The notes under the pieces: generated by a model
The model's input: only the letters and a program-made list of their open reading frames with translations
What the model was told of the DNA's origin: nothing
Databases searched by the model: none
Translations under genes and position numbers: made by a program
NCBI GenBank assembly: GCA_964016885.1
Contig: OZ024742.1
Location: 312,294,001 to 312,358,000, forward strand
Reading direction: 5' to 3'
DNA from: Eledone cirrhosa
Lineage: Eukaryota
DNA: 64,000 bases
Shown here: piece after piece, positions 11,886-25,393 of the stretch
Numbering within the stretch: the first letter of the stretch is position 1
How the letters are laid out: every line of letters starts with the position of its first letter

Positions 11886-12766
11886 TTAAAAGCCTTCAAA
11901 TAAACATATAACATTTCTAAACAAATCCTGTGCCTGCAAGAGATGACCTGGCTAGGTATAAGCTTGACCCTTGTAAATTAAAAGCAAATAAATAGAGTCT
12001 TTCAGACTATGGGACTAGCACTTGCTTTAAAGAATACACACATATAGACATTAATCTTCTTTCAACAACATAAGTGGAAACAAGTTCAACTCAGTTGGAC
12101 ACTTTCCTTTAGGGGTCATAACTCTTTCATGGAAAGTCCAACTTGTTGAAGCCTTTATTAAATTACTAGTTACTCATGTTTCAACATATATAATAAACTG
12201 TGATTCTTCTTTCAGCTGTGCACAAGAAATTTACAAGATTTTTAGTATTTCAAAAACAAATGGAAGTGAGTCTGTACTTTCTCTCCAACAGACATACAGT
12301 CATTTATTTCCTTTTAAAATAGAGGTCAAACTTCATAAATAACAAAGATCCAGCTCTTTTCTCTCTTTTAAAGGGTAAAAATAGAAAAAAAATCTTTAAG
12401 GAGACTAACACAACAGCTGAATATTAATTGCTTTGTTGCTGGTCAAATCCATCAATCTGTCCACTACAACACAGCTTTACTGTCCACTACACTAATTCAT
12501 TAAAGTTATTTATCTCTTGGTTTCTTTTGACTTTAAAATAGAAAGACTTTAAGATTTATAGGCAAGGTGGGTCAGAATAAGAAGTGTGACACATATGACT
12601 TCCTCAATACACAATGTGCAATGCACATAAAGTGAAATCACTTCAAGTAGGAATCTAAACTAGGTTGTGACCTCAGTTTGGCAAGATCTTATTTCTGTAT
12701 GGGTGCGCTCACCTAATCTGTTTTTCAATGACAGCAAAATCTGGCACCTCACCACCACCACCAGCA

Positions 12767-12860
12767 AAAGAAAAAAAGAAAAAAAGAAAAAAAGAAAAAA
12801 AGAAAAAAAAGAAAAAAAAAGAAAAAAAAGAAAAAAAAGAAAAAAAGAAAGAAAAAAAAA
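12767..12860. repeat. (A)nG purine-rich microsatellite
   Basis: Repeats of AAAAAAAG. Confidence 0.9.
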
Positions 12861-13701
12861 GCAACTAAAATGTACTTTTAAATTAGTGATTCACGAATAA
12901 TTATTTTGTAGATGCTGTAGTTGTTGTCAATGCTACATTAGAGGAAAATATGTATTCAAAGATATTACAACAGGTTAGATTCAGACATGTAGAAGGGTGA
13001 GGTCCTGGTTAATAAGCATTAATAGAAAACTAGAATACAGCTAGTTAGTTGATTAGAAGTGACAAAGAGCCTTTTGGTAGACTTATACAACAGTAAGTCA
13101 TTTGTCAATTGTATGAGAGAGAGAGAGGGATACAGAGGGAGGGATTGTGTGAGTGTGTGTGTGTAAAGAGAAAGTAGAAACAAAAAAAGAAAAAACAAAA
13201 ACCTGAGTAAATGAAAAGAAAAAGAATAAGAGATGGAAATCAGGAGAAAAAAAAAAGAGTGAGAAAAAGTGTGTGGAGGAGAATAAAGGAATGTTTTCTT
13301 TCCCATCAGCATTAGTAACAGAAAATGTACAGAGAAGTAGTATTGAGTGAGAGTGTGTGTACAAATAGATAGTTCCCCTTTAAGCCTGCTGGTTTACAAA
13401 GGACAAAAACATGAGACAAAGGCTTCTGTCAGCCACAGCTTGATATATAGGATGTCCTAAGGTGACAAACAGGAAACTATTAAGAAGATATAGCACATCT
13501 TCATTTAAATGTATTCAAATGAAGTTTAAACTTATTGTTAGAGAGTGCTAGAGAGAATCTATCAAGTTTTAGTAATCATTACATGAGAAATAAAGATTAT
13601 TCTAAACTAACTTAACAAGGATGGCTGTGTAGTTAATGATTTGGATAGCAAACCAACTGAAACTGCCTCTGTTTATATTATACTAAGCTGTTTTGTAAAG
13701 T

Positions 13702-13730
<29 letters not shown>

Positions 13731-13735
<5 letters not shown>

Positions 13736-14060
13736 TAAAGAAAACGAAAAATCAGTGATGCATCTGGACTCAATTTATTGCGTGTTACAATTGTTTCTCC
13801 GGCACGGGTAGTTCGTTTGCTCAGAACGAACTACCCGTGTCTGAAGGAACCTGCAGCCGTAGAATCAGCCAGATCCATACAGGGACCATGTCTCGAGCTA
13901 CCTGCCGGCGAAACAATTGTAACACGCAATAAATTGAGTCCAGATGCATCACTGACTATTCGTTTTCTTTATACTATCTACACTCTACTCTGCTGAATAT
14001 TGAGTGCTAATTTTGGCATACCGCCTATGGAAGCACCATAGCTACCATTATACACAAGTA
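13731..14060. mobile_element. Fold-back element in (TA)n with hammerhead-like core (Penelope pLTR-like)
   Basis: 74-bp inverted arms 13731-13804 / 13903-13976. Contains CGTGT-CTGAAGG...GAAACAATTGTA-ACACG-CAATAAA. Confidence 0.65.
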
Positions 14061-14190
14061 TATATATATATATTAGTAGTACAGATTAAAGTTTAAGCAA
14101 AGAATTGCTGCTTTCACCCCTTTACGTCATCTGAATCTATAATCCTTATTGAGCCCTCTTCGGATTTTGGTTTTCATAATTATTATTACT

Positions 14191-14236
<46 letters not shown>

Positions 14237-14382
14237 TGGTTTCTTTTGACTTTAAAATAGAAAGATTAAGATTTATAGGCAAGGTGTGTCAGAATGAGAA
14301 GTGTGACACATATGACTTCCTCAATACACAATGTGCAATACATATTATACATATTATACATATATATATATATATATATATA

Positions 14383-14503
14383 CGAGTCCCGAGTTCACTC
14401 GGGGGTAACCACAGTAAGTAAGGTACTCAACACATTAGTAGAGCATACACAAAATTTAATACAGAAATGGTTTCTACACGACTAGAACTGTTTCATTCAA
14501 AAC
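14383..14503 (-). repeat. Short CpG-rich dispersed element in (TA)n; second copy 49758-49877 in opposite orientation
   Basis: Reverse complement aligns with TTTTGAATGAAACAGTTCTAGTC..TGAGTAC..CTTACTGT..GCTCGT at 49758-49877. Confidence 0.7.
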
Positions 14504-14999
14504 AGTATATATATATATAGAAAAGCTTCCATCATAGTGCAGGTTAGAGTGCAGAGAAGAGAAAAAATATTTAATCTCTTGTTTACAACAAGAGATTAAA
14601 TATGGCCAACAATACCCACTGCATCAGCCACCCTATCTTTGGAGATATAAACCCAAATAGTAAAAGGAATGAATTCAGCAATTTATGAATTGATTTTATA
14701 TGAATGAATAAATGAGTGTACAATTGAAACTCTGGAAATAAGAATACAAATTAAATGAATAGATGAAACAGATTATTATCATTAAAAGAGAGGGAGGAGA
14801 GATGAGAAGGTAACAAGTAGAAGTAATAGGCCTTACAATATTTAGTTTATTTCCCCTGTGTGTTTTGAATTAAATAAAATGTAGCTACAGTAAACTTTGC
14901 ATTTCACCTCTCCTGAGTGAATAAAATAATCACCAGTTATACACTGGAATAAATCTAATTGTCCATAAGCCTTCTCTCTCTCTCATATATATATTGTGG

Positions 15000-15328
15000 A
15001 GCGAGAGATTCCTAGTCTTCATTAAGACATCTCTCTAGGATAAGGTCACTCTCATAAAACCTGCAACTTCGTTTGCATCCAATGATGTAGACCAGTTCTT
15101 CTTTTTGGGTAAATGCATTTGATGTTAAGAGAGTGGGATTGGCCCCGTGCAAAGCCTTTCCTCACTTAAAAAAATTTCAAGCACAAGCATCGCTTGATAT
15201 ATGACATTTTTTGTGATGCATGGTATTGCTGGTCATAGGCAAGTCCCTAGAAAGATTAAAAAGCCACATCTGTGATGCTCATGATTAAGTATTAAGCAAC
15301 AGCATTACTCGAAATCGAGTTGCAGCCA

Positions 15329-15330
<2 letters not shown>
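15000..15330 (+). repeat. Dispersed repeat homologous to 1-452
   Basis: Same internal blocks and the same terminal ACTCG-loop-CGAGT..GCAGCCACC(AT)n. Confidence 0.6.
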
Positions 15331-15362
<32 letters not shown>

Positions 15363-16332
15363 ACCTACATACATGTTTTTGAGTCAATATAAGAAATCCA
15401 TCTTATTAAAGATAGTTCCAGTTATGAATGCCAGCAGATAAATGATTGCCTACTCAACCACATGTTACATGTAACACCACACATTACAGAACAGACTGAG
15501 CAGGGCTGGTATATTATGCACCAACTCCACCTATCACTTAACATATTCTTTGGTCATAAAAGTCAATCAGGGATACACTTTCAAATGCCCTACCCCATTT
15601 GCAGGAACAATTCAAATCGTTTTGCGGCCTTGTCTGCAGGGCGCAGCCCCTTTATCTCTACGCTCTAGGCCCAGAACCCAATCTTCTGTGACACTAGACT
15701 CTTTGGCATTCCCTCCCCCTTTTCCGTTTTTTTTTTTTTACTTTATATTTTCCTATTTTACATTCCACTCTTTCTTAATCTAAATTATCATTTTTTTTGT
15801 CTTATTTGCTTAAACTGTATTTACATTCTAAACTTTTGATCACATGAAGTCCCACTGTGAAATACCTGGGAAATATTTAAATTCCTTCCAACTAATCTTT
15901 TGTGTGCATAAAAAAGGTGCGTCATTTATTTTCAAGAAGCAGAGGTTAAGTTATTTTTCTCCTTTCCCTTTTACCCTTCTTTGACGAAATCCTTTAGTAA
16001 AGAGGTGCAGTGATATTTTTTTGTTTTTATGTTCTTTTACATCCCAGTTAACCTTTTTTTTTTTACCCTGAAGCTAGTCTATGTCTAACCTCTCTCGAGC
16101 TCATAACACTGGCCAAAGATGTATTGCCACAGCTGCTCTCATATTGCCTCATCTATGTATGAATATGCCTAAGACTTATCAAAGGTATCTATTTATGGAA
16201 TTGTCATTGTTCTCTTGTAAATTTTTATGTCAATATCTGTATTTGTGACTGTGATTGCTTGTTTAATTGTCATCATTAAAAAAGAAATTATGTTATTGCT
16301 TTTTAGAATCTTTATTAAGATTCTTGGGGGCA

Positions 16333-16600
16333 TCATCACTGTTTTACGTCCGTTCTTCCATGCTAGCATGAGTTAGATGGGTTGTCCTGTTGTGGGCAGT
16401 GTTTGGTCGGCTGACCATGCCTTGCTCATACAGGAACTGATTTTGGCTCGATTTCTACAACTGGATGCCCTTCCTAACACCAACCTCATTTACAGTGAGT
16501 GCTGGGTGCTTTTTCCGTGGCACCTACACGTCCACTTTACAGTGTGGGCTGGGTGCTTTTTTGCCGTGGCACCTCCACAACCACCTTGCAGTGGGAGGGT
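16333..16600 (-). mobile_element. SINE 3' part, long-tail variant
   Basis: Shares CTGGATGCCCTTCCTAACACCAACCTCATTTACAGTGAGTGCTGGGTGCTTTT and GCCGTGGCACCTCCAC with the young SINE but has a longer, different tail. Confidence 0.8.
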
Positions 16601-16955
16601 GTGAGGGCATAACAATTGCTACTCTGCTCGAATACTTAGGAAACAAATGTTTGAAGACTTGATATGTCCAGGAATAAACTTTATTTGATTTTTGGGGTTT
16701 CTTTTTTTTTTTGCCTTGGGGGTGGAGGTGCGTCTAAAGATAAATGGGATAAACATACTGTGTTCTAAAGACTTTTATTAACAAAATAATAATTAAAATA
16801 TAATATAATTAAATACAATGTGGTAAATCCAAATCTTCCATAGAGTTGTGTTTGACATATGTCAGTTCACCTCAAAACACATTAATATCAAATTCATTGA
16901 TTTTATATTCATTTTTTTTCCCCCATGCTAGCATGGGTTGGAGTGAATGTTTTAA

Positions 16956-17168
16956 CCCTTTAGCATTTAAACCAGCTGTATCCAAGCAGAATTCTCTCAC
17001 CACTCTCTGTTCAAACCTGCCATAACTAGCCACTCATACTATTGTTATAGTATTGTTCTCAAAATAAATAATATCAAAATCTCATAGATTTGATACTATA
17101 TTATGTAAAATAAAGCATTTACCATGAAAATACAATTGTATATATAGAGTAATGTAAATACTAAAGGG
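16956..17168. mobile_element. piggyBac-like TTAA MITE family A
   Basis: TTAA-CCCTTTAGCATTTA...TAAATACTAAAGGG-TTAA. Confidence 0.85.
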
Positions 17169-17364
17169 TTAAGGCAGTATATTATAGACAAATGCTTTTC
17201 CTGATGCCGAGCATTATTTATTTATTAAGTAACAAACTGATCTTCAAATGTTGAACCACTGAGCGGCATGACTTTTGTTTATGCAGAATACAAATATCAC
17301 CACCGGCACTGGCAGTATCAAATGGGAAGCATAGACATGGACACAGACACACATATATACACAC

Positions 17365-17706
17365 ACAATGGGCATCTGTGCAGTTTCCACCTACCAAATT
17401 CATTTTTCATAAGACATTGGTCAGTTTGAGTTTGTAATAAAATACATTTGCCTCAGGAGGCCCAAGATGGGGTTGAACCCAAAACCATATGGTTGCAAAG
17501 TGAACTTCTTAACACATACAATGCCTGCATTTATTTAACACAATGGGCTTCTGTGCAGTGTCCATCTACCAAATTCACTCACAAGACATTGGTCAGTTTG
17601 AGGTTGTAGTAAAATACATTTGCACATGGTGTCTCCCTCCAAAATGGGATTGAACCTGAAATCACATGGTTGCAAAGTGAACTTCTTAAACACATAGCAA
17701 TGCAGG
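17365..17706 (-). mobile_element. Two tandem copies of an older tRNA/CORE-type SINE
   Basis: ~175-bp direct duplication (ACACAATGGGCwTCTGTGCAGT..TACCAAATTCA..GGTTGCAAAGTGAACTTCTTAA). Related fragments at ~3940-4075, 6430-6520, 19232-19370, 37648-37782. Confidence 0.7.
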
Positions 17707-17950
17707 CATTAATTTAGCACTTAACATTCTGTACCACTTGAAACCACATTAACAAGACATTCTCGAAAAGTTCAAAACTACACTACGATTGCATCACGTT
17801 AAAGATGGAACTCTTGTCGTAGTCTACCAGGAAGGGCATCTAGTTGTAAAACATTCTGTCCAGTTCATGCTGGTAAGATTGATGATGATGATAATGATCT
17901 GTCTACAGGCAAAAATATTATAAACATTTGAATTAACAAACTAACATATA

Positions 17951-18051
17951 CAGTGTGTCTCCAAAAAATGTACACACACTTTGATTACCTGTACAGGCAA
18001 TATTTATTAGAATGCTGTTGATGTGTGTATACATTTTTGGGGCATACCTTG
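17951..18051. mobile_element. Tc1/mariner-type MITE (~100 bp), TA TSD
   Basis: TA-CAGTGTGTCTCCAAAAAATGTACACACAC ... GTGTGTATACATTTTTGGGGCATACCTTG-TA. Confidence 0.7.
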
Positions 18052-20192
18052 TAGATATTTTCTAGTAAATTAATATAGGATGTTAAGAGTTAAAAAGGTT
18101 TAGATCTCTGGTCATATGGAGTGGGTTTCCTAGCTGATAATGATTCGCTCATGTTATCCTTCAATGAATTAACACAACAACCACAATTCTTTCTACTTTT
18201 GGCACAGGGTCATAGGTTATTTTTTTGGGGGGAGGGGGGGGGGGGGGTCGAAGGAACAGTAGATTACATTTTCCCCAGTAGTTGACTGGTATGTTATTTT
18301 ATTGAATTCAAAAGGATGAAAGTCAAAGTTGGGCTAGCAGGATGAGGTGTACCAATGATTGTATAATTGTAATGAAGATGATGGTGAAAACTATGACAGA
18401 TATCAACCATCACTATGACAACGGGGGAGAGGGGAGGAAGAGAGGGAAGAATGGGAGGAAGAGAGGGAAGAGTAGGAAGAAGAGGGGAAGGACACAAGAA
18501 GAATAGAAGAGGAGTATCAGGAAAAAGAGAGGAAGGAGGAGACAGGAAGAGTAGGAGAGGGAGGCGTAGAAGGGAGAAGAGAAAGAAGAGTAGGGGATAT
18601 TTTCTATGAATAATACTTTTTTTTGGGGGGTAGAGAATAGACAGTAGAAGAATCTCCACAAGTTCATTGTGTGCATGTGCATGCACACTTGTATGTGTGA
18701 GTGAGTGTGTTACATGACAAGAATTTGAACCAGTGACTTCTCAATATAGAATCTAAAAGGTCAAATAGAAGAAAGAAACTAAGAAGTCTTTCTTGTTCAG
18801 CAAGTCATCATCTTTGTTTGCTGTGTATTATATATATAGGCACTGACTCTTTCTAGTTCAAATACACTCACACACACGCGTATACACAGTCAGACACACA
18901 CACATATGTATATATACTTGTGTCCATATATGAATAGTGTGGATTCTTTAATGGTAGGTGTATGTATGCAATTTCTTAATTGTATGCTAATCTCTATGCA
19001 AACACACACACTCACACACATTATGTGTGTATGTGTGTATATGCATATGATTATTCATGGCTAATCAGACACATACACATGCACACACTTATAAGGACAT
19101 AGAAATAAAACAGGAAAAAGTTAAATTAAAATATGATGCAATAATAAATGTATAAGAACATGATGGCATGCATATATACATATTAATGATGTACATACAT
19201 CTTTAAAAATTATATATTGCACATTGTATGATTAAGGAGTTTGCTTCCCAACCATGTGGTCTCCGGTTCAGTTACACAGTTTGGTACCTTGGACAACTTT
19301 CTTCTGCTATCTCCTCAGGCTGACCAATGTCTTGACAGTGAAATTTCATAGGCAGAACTATGTGGAAGCCTGTTACGTATATAAATATGTCAGGCTCCCA
19401 CATAGTTTTGTGTATGTGTATTTTATGAAAATATGAATTTTCACATTACCCAGACAAGGGCATCCAGTCATAGGAAATGTGCTATTATAAAATGCACCCA
19501 GTACACTCTGTAGAGATAAGCAAGATGCATTCCCCAGCCTATCTAAGAGGTCAGTAGCACTAATTAAGTACTGACTAATATAATCACTGACTATAAACAA
19601 CTTTTATTGATTTATTAAGGTGTTTGATATGAAATCGTGTGTCAGCTAAATTATTTATAGAAATATAAAAATATACTGAAGCAAAAACCAAACCAAACAG
19701 TGTGTGTTTTGCTATTATTTTCTGGCAATATTAGAACATGACCCTCCCCAAATATAACAATATTCCACATGCCACCACCATAAATGAAACTTAAGGGTCA
19801 GTCTGCTTTGTAGTCTCAGTGGACAGGATGGAGAAGACAAAATTAGTAAGAATCCCTTAATGTAGAACCTGACCAACAATGAACCCCAGACCAGGGTCAC
19901 AACCATCTCTAATACCTACCACTAGGCCATGGTGACTCATCCAACTCTAGCTAACAGGGATAAAAAAAATGGATGTTAAATGATAATTGTCATAATTTTC
20001 ACCAACATCAATTCTTCTTTCAATAGCTACAGATTTGTTACTTCAGCAATACATATTACAATATAGTGTCTAATAAATTCACAAGAGACTCATTCAGCGT
20101 CCTATTACTTAATAGTTCTTTTATATATTTTTTAAAGATTTTAAAATCCTTATCCAATAATCATTTTAAAGCTATCTGATAGTTCATATTAA

Positions 20193-20392
20193 TCCTTTAG
20201 CATTGATGATTTCTCTATACTTACTATTATATTTTCTTGGTAAAGGCTTTACCTCACATAATATCGAATCTGAGATTTTGATATTATTTAATTTGAGAAC
20301 AATGCCTTAACTTCAATATGAGTGGCCGGTTACATCTGGTTTGAACAGAAATTGGAGAGAGAATTCTGACTGGATACGGCCTGTTTAAAGGT
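20193..20392. mobile_element. TTAA MITE family A (degenerate right end)
   Basis: TTAA-TCCTTTAGCATT..GGTAAAGGCTTTACCTCACATAAT..GGTTTGAACAGAAA. Confidence 0.75.
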
Positions 20393-20689
20393 TTATTTAG
20401 TTTACACAGGTGCGTGGCTTAGTGGTTAGAGAATTGGATTCATAACCGTGAAGTTCTCAGATCGATTCCTGGACTGAGCGTTGTGTTATGTCCTTCAGCA
20501 AAACACTTTATTTCATTTTGCTCTTTCTGCCAGAAGTTGCAACCAGTAGATAGTAACAGCAATGGAAAAACCAATGGAAGCATTTTTTCCTTGATTCAAT
20601 TTGGATCCATGGGCCAAGGCACATTGTTTTCCCCACTTCTAACAGGAAGAAATGCCAAAGATACCATAATCAGCAACATTTTGTACAAC

Positions 20690-21075
20690 GCTTCAATTAT
20701 GATTTCTAAGCCCACATACTGAGGCAAATCCAGTCACACTCATTGCACATAAAGTCATTTCGAGCATCTGAAAATCCAGGTAAAGTAGTATCATGTTGGC
20801 CCTTACACCAATCCCTCTTTAATTTTTCATGCTCCACACAAAATTTTTCAAATTCCTGTTTTCCATTAAACAGTTTTCCTCCAAAATGATCGATCTAAGG
20901 CAATGTCTTCCCAGTTATCTTCTCTGATTTTTGACTTTATCAAAGCTCTTTTGATGCAGTCTTTATACCTGAGATTTGGTTTATGCCTTGGCCGTTTGCC
21001 TTTGACTACCTCCTTGTACAGTAACTGCTTAGGAATACAATGATCTGGCATTCTTACAACATGGCCGTTTTAGCA
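20690..21075 (-). pseudogene. 3' fragment of a BovB/RTE-type LINE ORF
   Basis: MPDHCIPKQLLY..GKRPRHKPNLRYKDCIK..WEDIALDRSFWR is a typical RTE C-terminal signature; a CNEC zinc-finger remnant follows. Confidence 0.7.
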
Positions 21076-21534
21076 CAATCTATATTGGATTATGAGATTC
21101 AATGCTTTCAAAATGACTGTTTGTTCCAGCACTTCAGCATCACTCATATGTATGTAAATATACACACACACAGATATACATATGCACACATATACACACA
21201 CACACATTTTATATTTATACATACATACATACATACATCATCATCATCCTCATCATCTTTGTTTAACGTCCATTTTCCACGCTAGCATGGGTTATATATA
21301 TATTCAAAAGGCAAACAGAAATAACAAAGCAAACGACACAGTACAATGAAGAAATATACTATTAGTTTTATGCTTGATATAGTAGGAAAAGAGTCTTAAC
21401 GGATGCTTTTATAAGAAAACAGAATGAGAAATTAAAGAAGAAATAGAAAAATTGAGATGGGCAGTGGCAGAAACAAAAGCAAATTCTTTTAGAGGTAAAA
21501 AAATAACAGTCTCATTCATGCTGTCCTCTCTCTC

Positions 21535-21580
<46 letters not shown>

Positions 21581-21786
21581 GATGAGTTTATGATACAATT
21601 ATACAAGGCAGAGAAATATATTCAAAGCTGAAATGTGATTTTATTATCCAAGTAGTTTTCCAATATCACAGAGCATATATAAAAAAAGAATACATAAATA
21701 ACCAATGTTTAACACATTGTTTAATTGATTTACATACATAAATCAATTAAATACTGTATTAAACCTTTGTTATTTATTCTCATACA

Positions 21787-22717
21787 TAGATAGATAGATA
21801 TATTTCTTTATTAGCCACAAGGGCACACAAGAAAAGGGGACAAAACAAAGACATGCCGGAGATTTTACATACAATCATGTAAAAAAATATAAAACAAACA
21901 ATTATAACAATCGAAATCCCCAATAGGGTGGAGGCGCCACAAATGGTTTGTTTAATACCCCGTCGATAGAACAACCCTCAACTTCAGGAGCGTGTTGTGC
22001 AAGTGCTCCTTTCTCCCTTTTGCTCTCTTCTTCAACCATCAGGTTTATATACAGAGAAGGCCCAATCACTCGGGCCATTTTTGCCACATTCACCCACCTT
22101 TCAGGAAATTTACTGGGGTGCAGTGCCTCTCTCTCCACTCTGATTCTCCTTCTAAAGTGGTATCTAAAGAAGGGAATGAGTTGTTGTCCAGAGAGAAAGG
22201 CATCTGTCCTCAGTCCTCTCAATCTCGTCCACCATAGCTACTATACAGAGGAAAAACTGCCTCTCTTTTGTTTTTGAAAGAAGTTGACAGTTTGATCCTT
22301 ACTATGGACTTGGCAGTCAACTGGATTTATCCCATACGTTGTTCCGAGTAGTTCCACAGGTCGGTTACGCCTGGGCAGTGTACAATTGCGTGCAGGACAG
22401 TTTCAATGTCCTGTGCGCATCTTGGACACGTCCTCTTGGAAGGATCCCTGCCGGGACGTCCGTGCCTGTAGATCTTGTCACAAACTGGTAGAGCTCCTCA
22501 GTAGCACTGCCAGGCCAGGGACCTCTGGATTTTGTCCATGGGTCCCGGGCAGAAAGTCCTACAAATCGTCTTTGACGGCTAGAGTCTCATCAAGCACGGC
22601 GTTGCCCTTGTGACGTACTAACCCTCTATAGAATGTCGAAGTGGAGTCTCCACTGATTGCCATGCCCGCTTGACAGAGGACTGTGAGCGCCTGAGCGCAT
22701 TCAATGTGCCAGGCGCC
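21787..22717 (-). mobile_element. 3' fragment of an L1/Tx1-like LINE in a (GATA)n tract
   Basis: GC-richer coding-like segment ending ..KFPERWVNVAKMARV... On the minus strand AATAAA is followed by (TATC)n. GATAGATAGATA on both flanks. Confidence 0.55.
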
Positions 22718-24976
22718 GATAGATAGATATTGGTCAACTTTGAAACAAACATTCCTGCTTTTTCATCCCACCCTCCTTTCTCTATTCCTATCGCACCAAA
22801 CCAGAAATATAGTATAGTTTACTTAAGAATGTAATTCTGCAGCATGAATGAATAAACACACACACACACACGCATGCACGCACTTTGAAGAGGAAAACTA
22901 ATATTAAAATAGCACTATGTTTGTTAGAAATGGCAAGCTTTTAATTTTGACAATTCCTAAGTGTTTGAAAACCATTTATATAAGGCACACACATAAATCA
23001 TAATAATAACAATAATTGAACACATCTATATATGTTCTCTAAGATGTACTGCATACTGGTTTCAAGAAAGAAACATCTTGATGTATTTTTTAAACCATGA
23101 ATAAGAATAAAGAATAACAACAACTATAACAACAAAAACAACAACAATAGTAAAAAAGTACCCCATTCTGAATAAGTTCTTCACAAAAGTCTCTTAATCA
23201 AACAAACTCCATCAATAGACAATTTCTCTTTTCTTATTTCTTTTCCCTTTTAGAGGTTTATTTTTTAATTTATTTGCTGGTTCAAATTTCTAAATCAGAT
23301 GCTATTTCCAGTAGAATCTAACTGAATAAATAAAATATTACACAACAGTCAACAACAACAACAACAACAACAACAACACACACCTTTTGTCCATTCAATG
23401 GATACTTGGACAGTTACAGAACTTGCTCTACTTCTGATATCAGAAGAGAACAGCTCTCAAAATACAGAAGATGGTGGCACCCGATACCAATTATGTTAAA
23501 TCCCCCCCCCCCCCCCCCGATAGGAAACCATTGGTTCTACAATAATTTGCTGTTTATTTTAGAGTTTTTATGTTTAACTAAAAGTTTTACATCACAATTT
23601 TACATAAGAACCTTTAACACTAAACACCTTATTCCACATGAAACCATATTTGCAAGACCTTCTTGAATACTACAAACTTTAAAATCATAGACAGCATCTC
23701 TCTGGAAAATGGTAATGAAAGGATTAAGTTCAAACTCAACTTCTGTGAGACGTTTTTACTTTGGTCCATTATTAATTATAGTGCAGAACAAGAACTAAGT
23801 TTACAAGACAGTTCAATTTCTAAGTTAAACCATTTGTTAACATATTTCTAATGAAAGACAACCTGTGGTTATCAATTAATTTTGAAATTAATCAAACAAT
23901 TGGAGCAATTTAGTAGTATAACTTTCTCATTATCAAGCTGGTGTTTGGCACTCTTTCTTACTTGAAATTATGGGAGGTTTCTAGATAAATATATGCACTT
24001 TAAAACAAACAGCTTTGCATCAGAGAAACAAGGGCAGTTCCAGGTGGATTGGTAAAAGTAGTAAACACAAAACCTTCCTAGTGATGTTGTCACATTAAAA
24101 ATGTACTCAGTAGCATGTGGGAGCATATGTAAGCAAAATGCAGGTTTTGGGCCTGAGAAGTCAGTAGCTTTGCAGACTTGGTCTGTGATGATGATGGTGA
24201 TACACTCGTCAGGATGTCCTAGCATACCTTTGATTCTGCTTCCAGTAGCTAGATTCTAACCTACCCCTACTTATCTTGATCTCCTAGTCCAATTGAAAAC
24301 ACCCAGATCTAGTGATATGCTGAAATACAAATCTAAGAAAGTAACTTCTAAAGAATAATGTAGTGATAATGACATGTTCTGTGTAAGTATTCTCTTCTGT
24401 CTGTTCTTTTAAGTATTCTTCTTTCCTTCTTACCCCAGTGAATTGGATTGAAAATATATACAATTATCTCATTTCTTGCTTCAATGATTAGAATAAAAAA
24501 AGACATTCAATTGAAAAACTATTCACACAAATATATACACCTACACATTCAGGCAATCTAAACACATACAGTCTCTTTTTATGGTTTCTGTTTATGAATA
24601 GCAAACAATGCTCCTAGTGTTTAAGAAGTTTTCTATAAATGTTTCTTAAATAGGTATAAAATGGTTTTCTTTTTAAACCCTCTTGATACCAAACTGCTTG
24701 AAACTACTCCTGGTTTTATGATACAAGGCTATTTGTTTTAAATTGTTTGTATTTATCTAAAAGACTTCCATCAGAATTTTGTGAGAACCTTTGTTAAGTT
24801 ATGTTCCAAACACCAACTTAATGGTTTCTGATTTAGGCATATGGCCAACAATTTTAAGGAGGGAAAAGTCAATTAAATCCACTCCAGTGCCTTACAGATG
24901 AAAGGCAAAGCTAATCTCTGTGGGATTTGAACAAAGCATGTTCAACACTTCACATACTGCCAATCCAACGCCTTAA

Positions 24977-25183
24977 CCCTTTAATGTTCAAACCAGCCAA
25001 AACCGGTCAGTATTCTCTAACTCTTTCTGTTCAAACTGGCTGTAACCGGGCGCTCAAACTGATGCTAAGGTATTGTTCTCAACATAAATACTTTCAAAAT
25101 CTCATAGATTCAATATTATGTGAGGTAAAGCCTTTATCATGAAAATATAATAGTATATATAGAGTAATGTAAATGCTAAAGTG
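24977..25183. mobile_element. TTAA MITE family A
   Basis: TTAA-CCCTTTAATGTTCAAACC..TGTAAATGCTAAAGTG; lies in a cluster of family B and SINE fragments (~24670-25650). Confidence 0.75.
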
Positions 25184-25393
25184 TAAAATACCAACTTAAT
25201 AATGAAAAAAGCTATAGGATTTTGTGAATTGGGGGGAGAGGTTCCAAATAATTTTGAAAATAATGAACGATTTGGAAGGATCTTGAAAAAAAAAACTAAC
25301 TTAACCATTGTTAGATGATATTTAGAACATAACTGAACACAGGTTCTTACATAAAATTGATGAAAGAATTTTCGATAAATTCAAACTCTTTAA

